From NCBI RefSeq assembly GCF_009914755.1, contig NC_060926.1: a stretch of DNA of 64,000 bases. One strand, 5' to 3'. Below the pieces are notes generated by a model that was not told the origin of the DNA, searched no databases, and saw only the letters and a list, made by a program, of their open reading frames with translations. Below are positions 1 to 13,539 of the stretch, one piece after another. Positions within the stretch are counted from its first letter, which is position 1. Every line of letters begins with the position of its first letter. This DNA comes from the human T2T-CHM13v2.0 reference genome, Homo sapiens. The position numbers were made by a program, and so were the translations under genes.

Positions 1-4
1 AAAA

Positions 5-35
<31 letters not shown>

Positions 36-43
36 CATTTTAG

Positions 44-340
44 TGGCTTATGTCTGTAATCCCAGCACTTTGGGAGGCTGAGGCAGGCAGATCATCTGAG
101 TTTGAGAACAGCCTGGCCAATATAGTGAAACCCCCATCTCTACTGAAAATACAGAAATCAGCCAGGTGTGGTGGCACGTGCTTGTAGTCCCAACTACTCA
201 GGAGGCTGAGGCACAAGAATCACTTGAACCCGTGAGGCGGAGGTTGCAGTGAGCTGTGATCACACCACTGCATTCCAGCCTGGGCGACCGAGCAATACTC
301 TGTCTCAATAAAATAAAATAAAATAAAATAAAATAAAATA
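44..340 (+). mobile_element. Alu (S/J type) with (TAAAA)n tail; an A-tail of a preceding element occupies 1-33
   Basis: TGTAATCCCAGCACTTTGGGAGG and GTTGCAGTGAGC consensus blocks. Confidence 0.9.
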
Positions 341-1534
341 CCTCCTTTATTCTCCTTGTTGAAATAAAATTCTTTTAGGAAGACACAAACCTCTTTCATT
401 TCTCAAATGGAGATATTTGAAAAGCAAATAACCTTGAAAGAGGAAGCTCATAAATTAAAAGTACAATTAGGAATAAATGTCTGATAGCAGATTTCCTTGT
501 TGAGGATGTGTTTAAAGGGAGAAAGCTAAAGGGACAGAATTTTGAATTTCCTTAAAGAATATGGGGATTGAGGGGCTGGAAAAGAGAAGGAGCATGGAGG
601 GGTACATTAAGGTACTAAAGACAGATTAGATCCTTCATAATTCAGATTAAAACTGGTGCTTGTGACAAGTTTTATTTTGGAGTTGGAACAAGAAAAAGAT
701 CACCTTGCATTTATGGTTAATTTACTTCTTTTGGGTTTTAGGTGTACCTATAGACACATCTTCACCTGTTTAATTTTCACTGTGGTTAACAACTCAAATA
801 TTACTTTACTGTCTGCATACTGTTTCAAACTGATGATTATTTTCTGTGTTCAACAGTAGTGGATTGTTTGGTTATCCTTGGTTGGTCACCACTTGAGTGG
901 TAATCTAAATCTAAACTTGAAAGTAGGCCAGTTTCTTAATAATTTACAGATTTTAGGACTAAAATGAGGAAGCTTCAGGTGAAAGCCTAATTTATCTTAA
1001 GGAAAATATGTTGTATATACTTGCAATTATGTGACAGCAGAGAGAGTTAGGATAATCTTTTTTTTTTTTAATTTGAGGAGAACAATGATACTGGTTTTAT
1101 TGAGAATAAGCCCAACCAAGGGCACTGGGAGTGCATGAATCACTTACATAACAAGTGATCCACGTATGTATAGTAACCACTGTCATGTGCTCCAACCGCA
1201 GCCCTTGTGGGCTCATGCCCACTCAGTGTTTAACAGCTACCTCTGCTGAGTAACAACAATGAAGACACCAGTCCGAAGTAGCCAGTGTTTACCAAGCCTT
1301 TCTTTTTTTCCTATTTATTTTTAAAATTATCACTCTCAAAAATTTTGGTGTGTGTGTTTAAGTACTTTCTTATTTATGAGCCCCTGAGGCACCAGACATG
1401 TTATTATCAAGCCCCTTATATACCATCTAATATAAATTAACATAAGCATATATAATCTCTAAGGCAAAAAAAAATCATCATGAAGAATCCCCATGGAGCA
1501 TCAGGCAGTTCTAGAAACACAAAAACCAGACACT

Positions 1535-1540
1535 TTTATT
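1535..1540 (-). terminator. Candidate distal polyadenylation signal AATAAA
   Basis: Followed on the minus strand by GU-rich tctggtttttgtgtttct. Confidence 0.4.
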
Positions 1541-2279
1541 CACAGTGCTGCCTTCTTCCCTGCTCTACAAAGCATTTTTGCTTAAGCACCAGCCCCTTTA
1601 AGGCATCACTGCAATATCTGGTTAACAGAAACTGACATATTTACATAGTAACAGCTGATTTTTCATATAAGTCTTCACAAACAATCTAGAGATACTGAAA
1701 ATACTCTGTGGCTTTGAAGCTTTGTGAAGTTAAAAAAATTTTTTGCAAAACATTTCTATATTCTCTCTTCATGATAAAAAGCAGTGGACATTATCTAAGG
1801 CCCACTTCAAGGGGCTATAAGCTCCATGAAGGCAAGGCCTGTCTTGTACGCCAATGATTCTCCGGAGTCTGGCGGAGCCCAGCAGGGCAGCAAATTGCAT
1901 TTCTTGAATTCTTGGAGAAATACATGTCTTATTAGACTAATTTATATATCCGTTTTTCTTCTTGACAACTGAGTTATTTGGCTACCCATAGAGGCATTTT
2001 TCAGACCAGAACAAGATCTAATGTATTCTAATATTTTCATCTTGAAAATGTGAAATAAGAAAGAAGACGAGGTTCGGAGAAGTTCGCAGACCAGAGAGGC
2101 TTTCAGGCTACAGAAGTTTGGCCACCTGACTTAAACTCACCCTCTTCCACCCAGCCCAGTGCTCTTTGAACCACACTCTACACACTGTTCCTCCTACAGG
2201 TCTCTGTAAAAATCAAATTTAAATTAACTGGCTTTTAAAAAAGAATATATTTTCAGGTACATTAAGAAAAACTAAAAAA

Positions 2280-3565
2280 TTAGTTTGTAAAAGTCTTTTA
2301 TTGTATCCGTGCCACACATAGTGAAAAATAACACTCCTAAAAAAAGAATGCTACCTTTTCCACAACATTTTATTTTAAATAAAACTTCAAGTACTCTTAC
2401 GTAGGTACAAAAAAAATCTGATCTATTTGCCTCCAACAGGCCACCACAACACACAGTAGATAAAACACAGTGGTTACAAACGTCTTTTAAATTTATTTCT
2501 GAGGCAAGGCAAATGGGAGGGAAATGTTTCTATGAAAAAATACTGTGTGCGTAGGAAATTGTCACAATTTTATTCCACATGGATACAAATGATTATACTT
2601 TAATTTAGGCCCTGGTGGCTTAAAATTATATAACAAAATAGAAAAATGGAAAACTAATATCCCCTACACCCTGTTTCAAAGGCAGGCACTACCAAGATTA
2701 AGGAGACGCCACAGTGTTGGTAGAGGATAATTACTGTACAGACTGTATAGCTATCATTACCTTCAGACGAAAATAAAATGCTACAATCCTCTAAGGCATG
2801 AACAATAATGTCTGCAAACAATATATACACATAATACATATTTAAAACAAGACTTAATATAAACAAGAATGAACAGTATATACATGTCAATTTTTTCACT
2901 GTTTTGAAATACAATTTAACTACACAAGTGATGCAGCAACATATATATATAAATGTACTTGTAACTCTACAGTAAAGTTTCTTTTTGGTGCTTTTATAGC
3001 ACATCAGTGTAAACAGTTTAACTTGGCTTTGTTTTATATTTTAAAACATTCCTTGTATTTTCAAGATTTAAAGCAATTTTCTAGTTCTTCCTTTTCACAG
3101 AAAACGAAGATTCTGGATGTGGTTTAATCATAAATAATTCATAAAATTAAATACATTCACTAAAAAATAAACTACAAAGTAAAAAAATGAAAAATAGATA
3201 TTTATTGAGAGGGAAAGGAGAACCATTTCCCACATTAGAGCTCTGGTGTTGAGTATTCAGTGCGATTTGATATATTTTAATTGCTATTGCACTATAACAC
3301 CCTTTCCTTTGAAAATTCTTTGGGTGTGCTTCCCTGTTCTACCTAAATTAGCTGATAAATCACACAAACCAATAACCGAGGGCCTTGGTTGTTGTAGGAA
3401 TGAAGCCTTTAAAAATGGTATCATTCTTCTGATACTTTTTTTTTATACTTAAGGAAAAAGAAAGTCATTATGTATGTGCCTTGCACGTTTATGTAAATAC
3501 AGTTCACATTGCTGGTCTCATTTGTCCTTGTTTAGAAGGAAAAAAATAAAGAGATTATTATAACT
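2280..3565 (-). other. BAZ2B: BAZ2B 3' UTR (proximal/main form)
   Basis: Repeat-free AU-rich sequence after the stop codon; minus-strand AATAAA at 3201-3206, 2569-2574, 2492-2497, 2369-2374 and 2297-2302; the 3' end position is approximate. Confidence 0.75.
2297..2302 (-). terminator. Polyadenylation signal AATAAA, likely main BAZ2B site
   Basis: TTTATT on the + strand, followed on the transcript by U-rich downstream sequence. Confidence 0.55.
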
Positions 3566-3719
3566 TCAGCTCACTTTGAAAGTATCTGTCCACTTTTTTT
3601 CAAAATACTTCCTCATATTGTGGCCAGCTCTGCCTATATCAGAATCATCTTCATTAAATGTTTCACAGTTGTCAAAAACAAGCCTGACATCTAGAGCAAA
3701 GGTTTCAAGGTTTGGATAC
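3566..3719 (-). CDS. BAZ2B: BAZ2B terminal coding exon, bromodomain C-half YPNLETFALDVRLVFDNCETFNEDDSDIGRAGHNMRKYFEKKWTDTFKVS*
   Basis: tctttcag|GTATCC acceptor; acetyl-lysine-binding Asn in CETFN; TGA at 3566-3568. Confidence 0.97.
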
Positions 3720-4609
3720 CTGAAAGAAAACACATAATTAGAGATTGCGTTCATAGAGTGGATTTGTTTTGTAAACAAATGAAGAGTTAATAAAGGGTAA
3801 AAATGAAAGAAAAATGATTAGGATAACTGCATTTAAATTGATATAAAATACATGATATCCTCTTACAAATGGAACATTTAAACATTTTTGTATGTTCTGG
3901 AACATACTGGATTTAAAGAACAGGTTAAATGAAAAAATAGGTTTCTCCAAAGATCAAAACATATTTCAACTGGCATTTTCCCCATAACCCAACTCCTGTT
4001 TGACCTGTATCACACAATTCTGTCACAGGACCTATCCCACTTGACTAGTTTATTAAGTTCTCTGACCAAATGTATCACTTGCAGAATCCTATTATCCATA
4101 TTAAAAAATGCTCAGCTGCAGTAGAAATTATGTCAATGCTCCCCATGCAATGATAAAAATTACACTTGTCCTGTAGCTTCTATATACACCCCAAGATATG
4201 GTGCTCTGCGTTGTCTTCCCCATTTCCCATTTCTCTTCTCTTCATATGTGCTCTTCTGCCCAAGCAATAGAGTATGATGAACCCAAACAAGCAAAACAAG
4301 CATATGCTATCTTTCTACTAGAGGTAACATTATGAGGGTCTGTCTTTCAACAAGAAGCACTGTGGCTTCTGTGCTTTTCTGGCGGGATAAGCCCAATTCT
4401 CTTTCTCTGTAGAAAAACAGAAAAGAGAAAAGAAAGGTGAATGAATCTGCATAAGCTTATTAGTAAGAAGGGAATGGTCATTTCAAACCAACTCAAGCCA
4501 GTTCAATACATTTTAAAAGATAGCTTTTAGAAATGCAAATTTTAAGTTAATTCTAACCTATGACAATCTGTATACTAAAATAATGTAACCATTAAAAATA
4601 TCTCATGAG

Positions 4610-5360
4610 TGTAAATTAGTACAACCACTATGGAGAACAGTTTGTAGGTTCCTCAAAAAAACTAAAAACAGAGCTACCATGTGATCCAGCAATCCCACAG
4701 CTGAGTATATACCCAAAAGAAAGGACATCAGTTTATGAAAGAGATATTTGCACTCCTATGTTTGGTGCAGCACTGTTCACAATAGCCAAGGTTTGGAAGC
4801 AATCTAAGTGTCCATCAACAGACGAATGGATAAAGAAAACATGGTACTTAAACACAATGGCGCACCATTCAGCCATAAAAAAAGAATGAGATTTTGTCAT
4901 TTGAAACAACGTGGATCAAACTGGAGGTCATTATATTAAGTGAAATAAGCCAGGCACAGAAACACAAACATCACGTGTTCTCACTTATTTGTGGGATCTA
5001 AAAATCAAAACAATTGAGCTCATGGAAACAGAGTAGAAGGATGGTTACCAGAGGCTGGGAACTGCAGTGGGGAGGTGGGGATAGTTAATGGGTACAAAAA
5101 AATAGAAGGAATGAATAAGACCTAGTATGTGACAGCACAACAAGGAGACTATAGTCAATCATAGTTTAATTGTACACTTTAAAATAAGTAAAAGAGTAGA
5201 AGTGGATTATCTGTAACACAAAGGATAAATGCTTGAGGTGATGAATACCCAATTTTCCATGATGTGATTATTATGCATTGCATGCCTGTATCTCATGTAG
5301 TCCATAAATATATACACCTACTGTGTACCTGCAAAAATTAAAATAAAAATTAAAAAAAGA
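4610..5360 (+). mobile_element. Old L1 (L1MA-like) 3' end fragment
   Basis: ORF2 C-terminal/3' UTR motifs (gatccagcaatcccac, aagtgaaataagccaggcacaga) and an A-rich tail. Confidence 0.85.
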
Positions 5361-5559
5361 GAAATACCCTATGAGGCACTGACGCTGTGAGATCTTGTCA
5401 AAGTGGAATTCTATTTCTTTGGTGAAATATCTTGTATGACCTTTCACTCGCTTCTTCTGTGCGATAATGAAAGAAATATTTCTCTATGTGTAATGTGCTC
5501 ACAGAGTTAAGTCAGCCCTTATGTAACCTCATCCATTTTCCTAGGAATTACTTGCTTAT

Positions 5560-5810
5560 TTTTATTGAGGTTAAGAAATTCACATAAAATTAACCATATT
5601 AAGGTGGACAGTTCAGTGGCATTTAAGTCACAGCACTGTATTATCGTCACCTCTAAAACACTGTCATCACCCTGAAAGGAAACATCATACTCATTAAACA
5701 GTTATTCCCCATTCCTCCCTCTTCCCAGTACCTGGCAACCACCAATCTTCTATCTGTCTCTATGGATTTATCTATTCCAGATACTTCATCTAAATGGAAT
5801 CATACAATCT
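5560..5810 (-). mobile_element. Old L1M 3' UTR fragment
   Basis: cctggcaaccaccaatct...tatggattt...aatggaatcatacaat is the reverse complement of L1MB/MC 3' ends. Confidence 0.65.
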
Positions 5811-6295
5811 GTGTGGGAATGATTTTTACAAAATATTTTAAAGTTGATTTGAGAACTACTTCTGCCTTTGTTCCTTACCCTAAGAAAAGGTTAATGATTA
5901 ACATTAGGGAGAGTGGAGTCCAGGAGAGAATTCTAGGTGAGATTCTAGGTGAAAAAAGTATACAACTCATATGTGTGTCCTTCCTTTATGGGATGGGGCA
6001 GCTAATGGAACTCAGAAAAATTCATGTAAGTAGGCCCCTCCCTCTATTCTAAAAATTTCTAGTTTAAAAATTTGAAATATGGTTTGTGAGTTTTGGTTCC
6101 AACTCATTAATTTGGGTTTAATCAAACAACTCAAAGTGGAGAGTTCGAGGAGCTTGAATCCACTGAAATTTTGCTTCCCACACACCTGGCATCACAAACA
6201 GGAATACACAGACTGTTTCCTTCTCTCTTTCTCTTCCCCTGTGACTTCCTCCATTCACTGGGACTCATTTTTCAAAGGAGCTCTGATTTTGTAGC

Positions 6296-6586
6296 TTTTT
6301 TTTTTTTTTTTGAGACAATCTCACTCTGTTGCCCAGGCTGGAGTGCAGTGGCGAGGTAACTCACTGCAACCTGCACCTCCAGTTTCAAGTGATTCTTGTG
6401 CCTCATCCCTGAGTAGCTGGGACTACAGGCATACACCACCATGCCCAGCTAATTTTTGTACTTTTAGTAGAGATGAGATTTCACCATATTGGCCAGGCTG
6501 GTCTTGAACTCCTGACTTTAAGTGATCCATCTGCCTCCACCTCCCAAAGTGCTGGGATTACAGGCGTGAGCCACCTTGCCTGGCCC
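6296..6586 (-). mobile_element. Alu (S type)
   Basis: poly-T followed by the reverse-complement Alu dimer. Confidence 0.92.
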
Positions 6587-6821
6587 ATATGATTTTGTAG
6601 CATTTTTTTGTTATATATATTTCTAAGCCTATTTGTTTTAGGAATTTTGAGGTTTACGTTAATCTTTTATCCAGGAATTGGAAGATCATGGAAGTTAAAA
6701 TCAAGAGTTAATTTAAATACTAGTAAAGTCTTCATGTGTAATTCTTTTTCTTGGCCATGTTAGTTATAAATTTCATTGTGCCATCTACCTAGACAACTAT
6801 TTTGATAGAACAAACAAAAGA

Positions 6822-7117
<296 letters not shown>

Positions 7118-7924
7118 GAACAAACAAAAGAACTAGTCCATATCTAGGTAACAGTGTTTGCATATTGGAACCAATCAGTACCAATCAATCATTTAAACGC
7201 TTCCTTAACTTAGGCAGGTCCCTTCTGTAATTAAAAAATAATAAAACAAAACAGACATAAACCTTTGGACGGCTGTTATTTCATCCTCCAAAGAAATAAA
7301 TTTGTCATTTGGTCAATCTAGTAAATCAGTTGATATATGTGAGGGATGCTGATCATTATAAGTTCTATTTAACTCTTCTAAATTGAATATAAATCATAGA
7401 GAACAGTTATTTTCACCAAAAGAATGTATAGGAAGAACTAAATAATATACTGGATAATAACAATGTAATTAAAATATATATTGTATGAGTATCAGGAAAG
7501 CCTCCCAAAGTAAGTAACTTTATTCTTGGAATAGGATTGCAAAGAGAATATGGTAGAGAAAAGCAAATAAGCTTTCTCTCCCGCATTTAATAAATGGAAT
7601 TTTGGTATTCTCCAATAACTCACATTAAAGCTCTTAATATGTAAAGCTTCCAAAGATCTTCTATTTCTACATTGTGATAATCTAACAATATTTGAGTCAA
7701 TTTTTGTTAAATCCATATGACGTGTGGTTGATACTCCATGGATGCAAAATACAAATTCCGGCTTATATGTTACTTACTTTGGGAGGCTCTCCTGATACTT
7801 TTCCTTACCTTCAGCTTGGGTTTGTGGTGCTCTTTCAATGTCAAAAGCAGGTTTATTACACGGGTTTTTAATTTCTTAAATAATTTTAGTTGGTTTCTCT
7901 TCTATACTATTCTACTCTAACCAA

Positions 7925-7927
<3 letters not shown>

Positions 7928-7964
<37 letters not shown>
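7928..7964. repeat. (AC)n microsatellite
   Basis: Uninterrupted AC run. Confidence 0.95.
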
Positions 7965-7966
<2 letters not shown>

Positions 7967-8085
7967 GCCTCAAAGGCAGGGCCTATATCTTGCTGTTAAT
8001 TAAAATATCTTTGGCTCACTAAAAATATGCCTAGCATATATCAGGTATTCAATAAATATTTAGTGAACTGAAATGATTTACTTAC

Positions 8086-8229
8086 TGTCCACTACTTAGT
8101 TTCTCTCTAATTGTGGAAAAATCCATAGGCTTCTTAATAACTTTCTTATAACCAGGAACAAGTTTCAAGTTTACAGGAAGTAGAAAAGGCCATGCATCCT
8201 CATGAGTTTCCATTTCAGTCAGAATCATA
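8086..8229 (-). CDS. BAZ2B: BAZ2B bromodomain exon 1 (144 nt), MILTEMETHEDAWPFLLPVNLKLVPGYKKVIKKPMDFSTIREKLSSG(Q)
   Basis: WPF shelf and PMD motif of bromodomains; tctttag|TATGAT acceptor and GGACA|gtaagt donor. Confidence 0.97.
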
Positions 8230-8307
8230 CTAAAGAAAATAATGTTTGAAATCAGTATCCATACTTTACAACTGTCTTATTTTTTAATTAAAAAAGCTTT
8301 CAGTTAT

Positions 8308-8709
<402 letters not shown>

Positions 8710-8879
8710 TAAAGGAATACATTTACTATACTTTTACTTATATATTTTCTTAACATTTATGCTTTACATTTTTTTATTTACATAAATTAACAGAAAGAAA
8801 GCTTTAATATGGTAAAAGGTTTCTAAACAAATAAAATGGGGCATTATAAATATACAGTGCATGAAAACGGAAATAATAC

Positions 8880-9145
8880 CTGCAAAGAGCTAGGTCCTTG
8901 GAGTCATCTCTTTTAGGTTTCTTAACTGAAGTAAAACTTTCTTGTTTTGACAAGTTAATAGAAGTGTTTTCCTCCATTTTTCTTTTCTTGAGGTCTTTGT
9001 TTCCTCTTTTTAGTGAATTACTTGTAGATGCAGAGTCTTCATCTTCAGTATCTCCTGTTAAAGTTACCTTCTTGCCTTTCTTTGACTCATTAGTCTTTTT
9101 TCCTTTGACATGAAGTTTTTTGATTTTTAGAGTTTGACCACTTGC
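8880..9145 (-). CDS. BAZ2B: BAZ2B coding exon (266 nt), Lys-rich PHD-bromodomain linker ASGQTLKIKKLHVKGKK...KRDDSKDLALC
   Basis: ttaaag|GCAAGT acceptor and TTTGCAG|gtatta donor; open frame, phase 0 to 2. Confidence 0.93.
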
Positions 9146-10282
9146 CTTTAATTTAAAAAAAAAGTAAATGAGGTGTAAGAAAGTGACTGTCTACAGACCT
9201 ATTATTTTAAATTATGAAAGTCTGACAGGACAAATAAGTAAAAAGAATAACTCTGATCTAGAATGTTGATAACTATTATTCTTAAGAAAGATCTGTGTAT
9301 TTTTTCCTCTCATAATATAAGGATAAAATCTAATAAAACATGAAAAGTCTATTCATCTTAAGAATTCTTAAAACTTGAAGATGCTAATCTCATGGTAATT
9401 CATCTACAGAAGGTGTCTGTAGTATTCTTTCAGTCTAGGTCACTACTTGAATGAGTTTAAAGATACAAAAGAATTCTCTTTTGGAGCACAACAGAATTAG
9501 GAACAAAGATGAATATAAATGAAAATATAGAGATTGTTAATAAGAAAGTTGAAGAGGTAATAAAAAGCCAGGCCAAAAAATGAAAAAGAGCTAAGGAAGT
9601 GTCAAATAGAGAAGTCCAAGTGATCAAATCTACTAGAAATTGATTTGATTTTTTTTCCTGGATAAAAGATAACAGGTATTTGCAATAAGAAGAGAGTTCC
9701 ACAAACTTGTGGTTCCCAGGTGTGAACAAAGCAGTGGTGAAAGATGGGGCAAAAAGATGTCTGTTTTTGAGAAAAACAACATAGAAAGAAATGACATAAA
9801 GGACATTATACTTGGAATCGAAGGATATGAATTCCAGCTATGGCTCTGCTACTAACTTTAAGCAAAAATATTTGTGAGGCCCTGTTTTCTCACTTAAAAA
9901 ATAAGGATGACAAGCCAGATACTTGCTAAAGTCATTCTAGCTCTAGAATTACATGCAAAAAAGAACTCTCAACATGGTCTTATGCAATATAACTACAAAT
10001 TGCAGGCAGCACACTGATGCAACAAGAAGGGTGCCCCACCCTGTATTCATAGAGAAAAAAAATCTGCCTTTTGAGAGTTAAATGTTATAATAAATATAAT
10101 AGATCATGAAAGAAAGATATGTAAACTTCTGGCAACGTATGGCTTTTATTTTTATTTTCCAAATATGTGGTACACACCAAACACTTTTAGAAAACTACTA
10201 TTCCCTTAACCAGATTGTTAAGAAATCCTAGACTGCAAAGTCACATAATCAGTGTAGCAATAATTTAAAGTTGGCTGCAATC

Positions 10283-10446
10283 TTTTTTTTTTTTTTTTGA
10301 GGCAGTCTCGCTCTGTTGCCCAGGCTGGGAGTGCAGTGGTACAATCATGGCTTACTGCAGCCTCAACCTCCTGGGCTCAAGACATCCTCCCATATCAGCC
10401 ACCCGAGTAGCTGGGGCTACGAGTGTGAGCCACCATGCCTGGCTAA
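10283..10446 (-). mobile_element. Alu right-arm monomer (FRAM/AluJ-like)
   Basis: poly-T plus a single arm. Confidence 0.8.
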
Positions 10447-11008
10447 TAAAGTTGGTTGTATTCTTAAAATTGGCTGAAAAACAGTCCTTTGGAGTATTTC
10501 ATAGCATTGTCTTTGAGGATTTCATGACCCCTGCCAGTACCTTACTTAAAAATGCTCTTAAGCAGTTAAAATTATTTGTTTCTTTATTGGCAGGTTAAAG
10601 TATAGTTAAGGAGATATTTTAATTGACTAAATAAGGCAAACCATAAATCCAACACTTTCACCATATGATATCAAAGAATCACAACCCCTGTCACTAACTG
10701 AAATAATTAATATGTTTTATTCAGTCTCTTCTCCATTTAGTTATTTATATTCATTAAAATCTGATTATTTTGGGTTTTTATATTACACTGAGCTTTTACT
10801 CTGAATCTCTAAAATCATTAAAAAGGAGAACTTAATATAATGAAGAAAAAGTCCATTTAATGACAAGTTAGATTAAATAGCTGTGTTACTTAAAACAGAG
10901 CTGGAATTATGAATAGTGGGCCAAAACATTTAGTTTCTATTTGAACTAAAATATTACTTGGGATAATTTTCTAACAAATTAATATTCACAATAAGAAAAT
11001 ATGAAATT

Positions 11009-11320
11009 GGGCCAGGCGCGGTAACTCACGCCTGTAATCCCAGCGCTTTGGGAGGCCCAATGGGGGCGGATCGCCTGAGGTCAGGAGTTTGAGACCAGCT
11101 TGGCCAACATGGTGAAACCCCGTCTCTACCAAAAATACAAAAATTGGCTGGGTGTGGTGGTGCACACCTGTAATCTCAGCTACTTAGGAGGTTGAGGCAC
11201 AAGAATCACTTGAACCTAGGAGGTGGAGGTTGCAGTGAGCTGAGATCACACCACTGCACTCCAGCTTGGGTGATGGAATGAGACTCAGCCTCAAAACGAA
11301 AAAAAAAAAAAAAAAAAAGA
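11009..11320 (+). mobile_element. Alu (S type) with TSD AAA(A/G)TATGAAATTG
   Basis: Full dimer, tail and flanking direct repeat. Confidence 0.93.
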
Positions 11321-11614
11321 AAGTATGAAATTGAAATCACAGAATCAAAAAACTTGTGATTTTTTAAAGACAAAAAATGATGTGTGTCAGCTGATGATCT
11401 CATTAGATAGTGCACCTACACATACTTTAAAAGCAAACTTTTATCAAGTTACTCTGTTACCTGATTACTTTGCTCTTGGGCAGGGCATTCCCCCAACCCC
11501 CATCACCTTTTCTTGGCTAGAGTACAAATTCAAAGAGGAACTTAGTGGGTCTTAAGCAAAACTTATCAGATTTCATGAACAATGGTACATATCTTTCTAG
11601 TTTATATATTGATA

Positions 11615-11880
11615 GAAGTCACAAACTGGTGGCTCACCGGCTCCAAACAGGCCACAGAATGTATTTGGTTCATATAATGCTTGTAAAAATTCTGAATTTG
11701 TTTCCAATATTTAATATTTGGGAGGACATAAAAATCCATAGTCTTGACTTCCCTTGAAATATTAGTGGGTTCTGGAACATGGGGCCCACATTCCTACATG
11801 GCAACAATTGGGTGGAGTTGAGCTTTGACTATTAAATTTAAATAGGGCCATGACTCCCCTGTTTGCCACAGTGCCCATGA
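11615..11880 (+). mobile_element. hAT-Charlie DNA transposon relic (MER102-like)
   Basis: ggcccacattcc..catggcaacaat..ggagttgag and gtttgccacagt resemble the MER102 consensus as recalled. Confidence 0.5.
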
Positions 11881-12000
11881 GGGGTCCAATGAACTCTTTC
11901 ATGTCATTTACTTGGCTTTTGTAGGCACTGAAGTTTGAAATGTCTAATATGTGAGTTTGTGTGTGTATGTGTGTGTGTATCTAAGAGTGTATATTCATAT

Positions 12001-12670
<670 letters not shown>

Positions 12671-13539
12671 GTATAGCTATGTTGTATATATATGCACACA
12701 CACACAAACACATACACATCTTTTCGATTCTGTGATCCTGTGATCACATATATACATACATACACACACACATACACGCAGAGTAAAAACAGTTAATCAG
12801 GATAATGTATGCAGAAAAAGCCACTTGAGAGCAAGGTGTATGTATAGTATAAATATTTTTAAATAACTATGAATTAAATTGAAAGATACTTTAAAAACCT
12901 TAACCCTTCATTATATATCAAAATCAATGTTTAGAGTTTTACTGTTGTAAGAAATATCTAGTTCACTACATTTAAAAAACAAAAAAAGCAGAAGCTTAGA
13001 AAGCTGTACTCACATAGAAGGGCTTGAATGAGATTACAGATCTTATGTCTCCAAGTTTACTGCTTGAATGGTAGATAGCTAGGATACTAATTTAAGAAAA
13101 TTTATTGAAAACAAACGTCCAATGACCTACCAGGTGATACTCCCAAGACCAAAAACACTAATCTGTTAGTAATTCATAGAGTATTAGAGAAACTTTCTAT
13201 AACTTAAGTTATGAAGTTATAAGATAATTTTATGTACATCAGTGAAGACTGCTGTTAAGTTATATTTAACTATGTATGACAAAAATGATCAATGAGAATA
13301 ATCAAAATAATCAAAAAATGACTATTAGTGAATATGATGCCATGTAAGACCACTTGCTATCTTGTGAAATATAGTCTAAAATATAAAATACTAAAATAAA
13401 CATTTCACAGAACTATAAAGTTATAAAAACTTTCACATTTATGACCTTATTTGATCTTCACAAATTCCCACAAAGCAGATACTATCCCATTTTACAAATG
13501 ATAACCTCGAGGCAAAAAAAGCACTCCCATGTTTACAGA

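Noticed and set aside
2272-3452. Short ORFs within the 3' UTR
   Set aside because: Random AU-rich frames with no recognisable domain
4397-4429. Hairpin TTCTCTTTCTCTGT...ACAGAAAAGAGAA as a structured ncRNA or plus-strand microexon
   Set aside because: Low-complexity purine/pyrimidine complementarity, better explained as the polypyrimidine tract of the minus-strand acceptor at 4406
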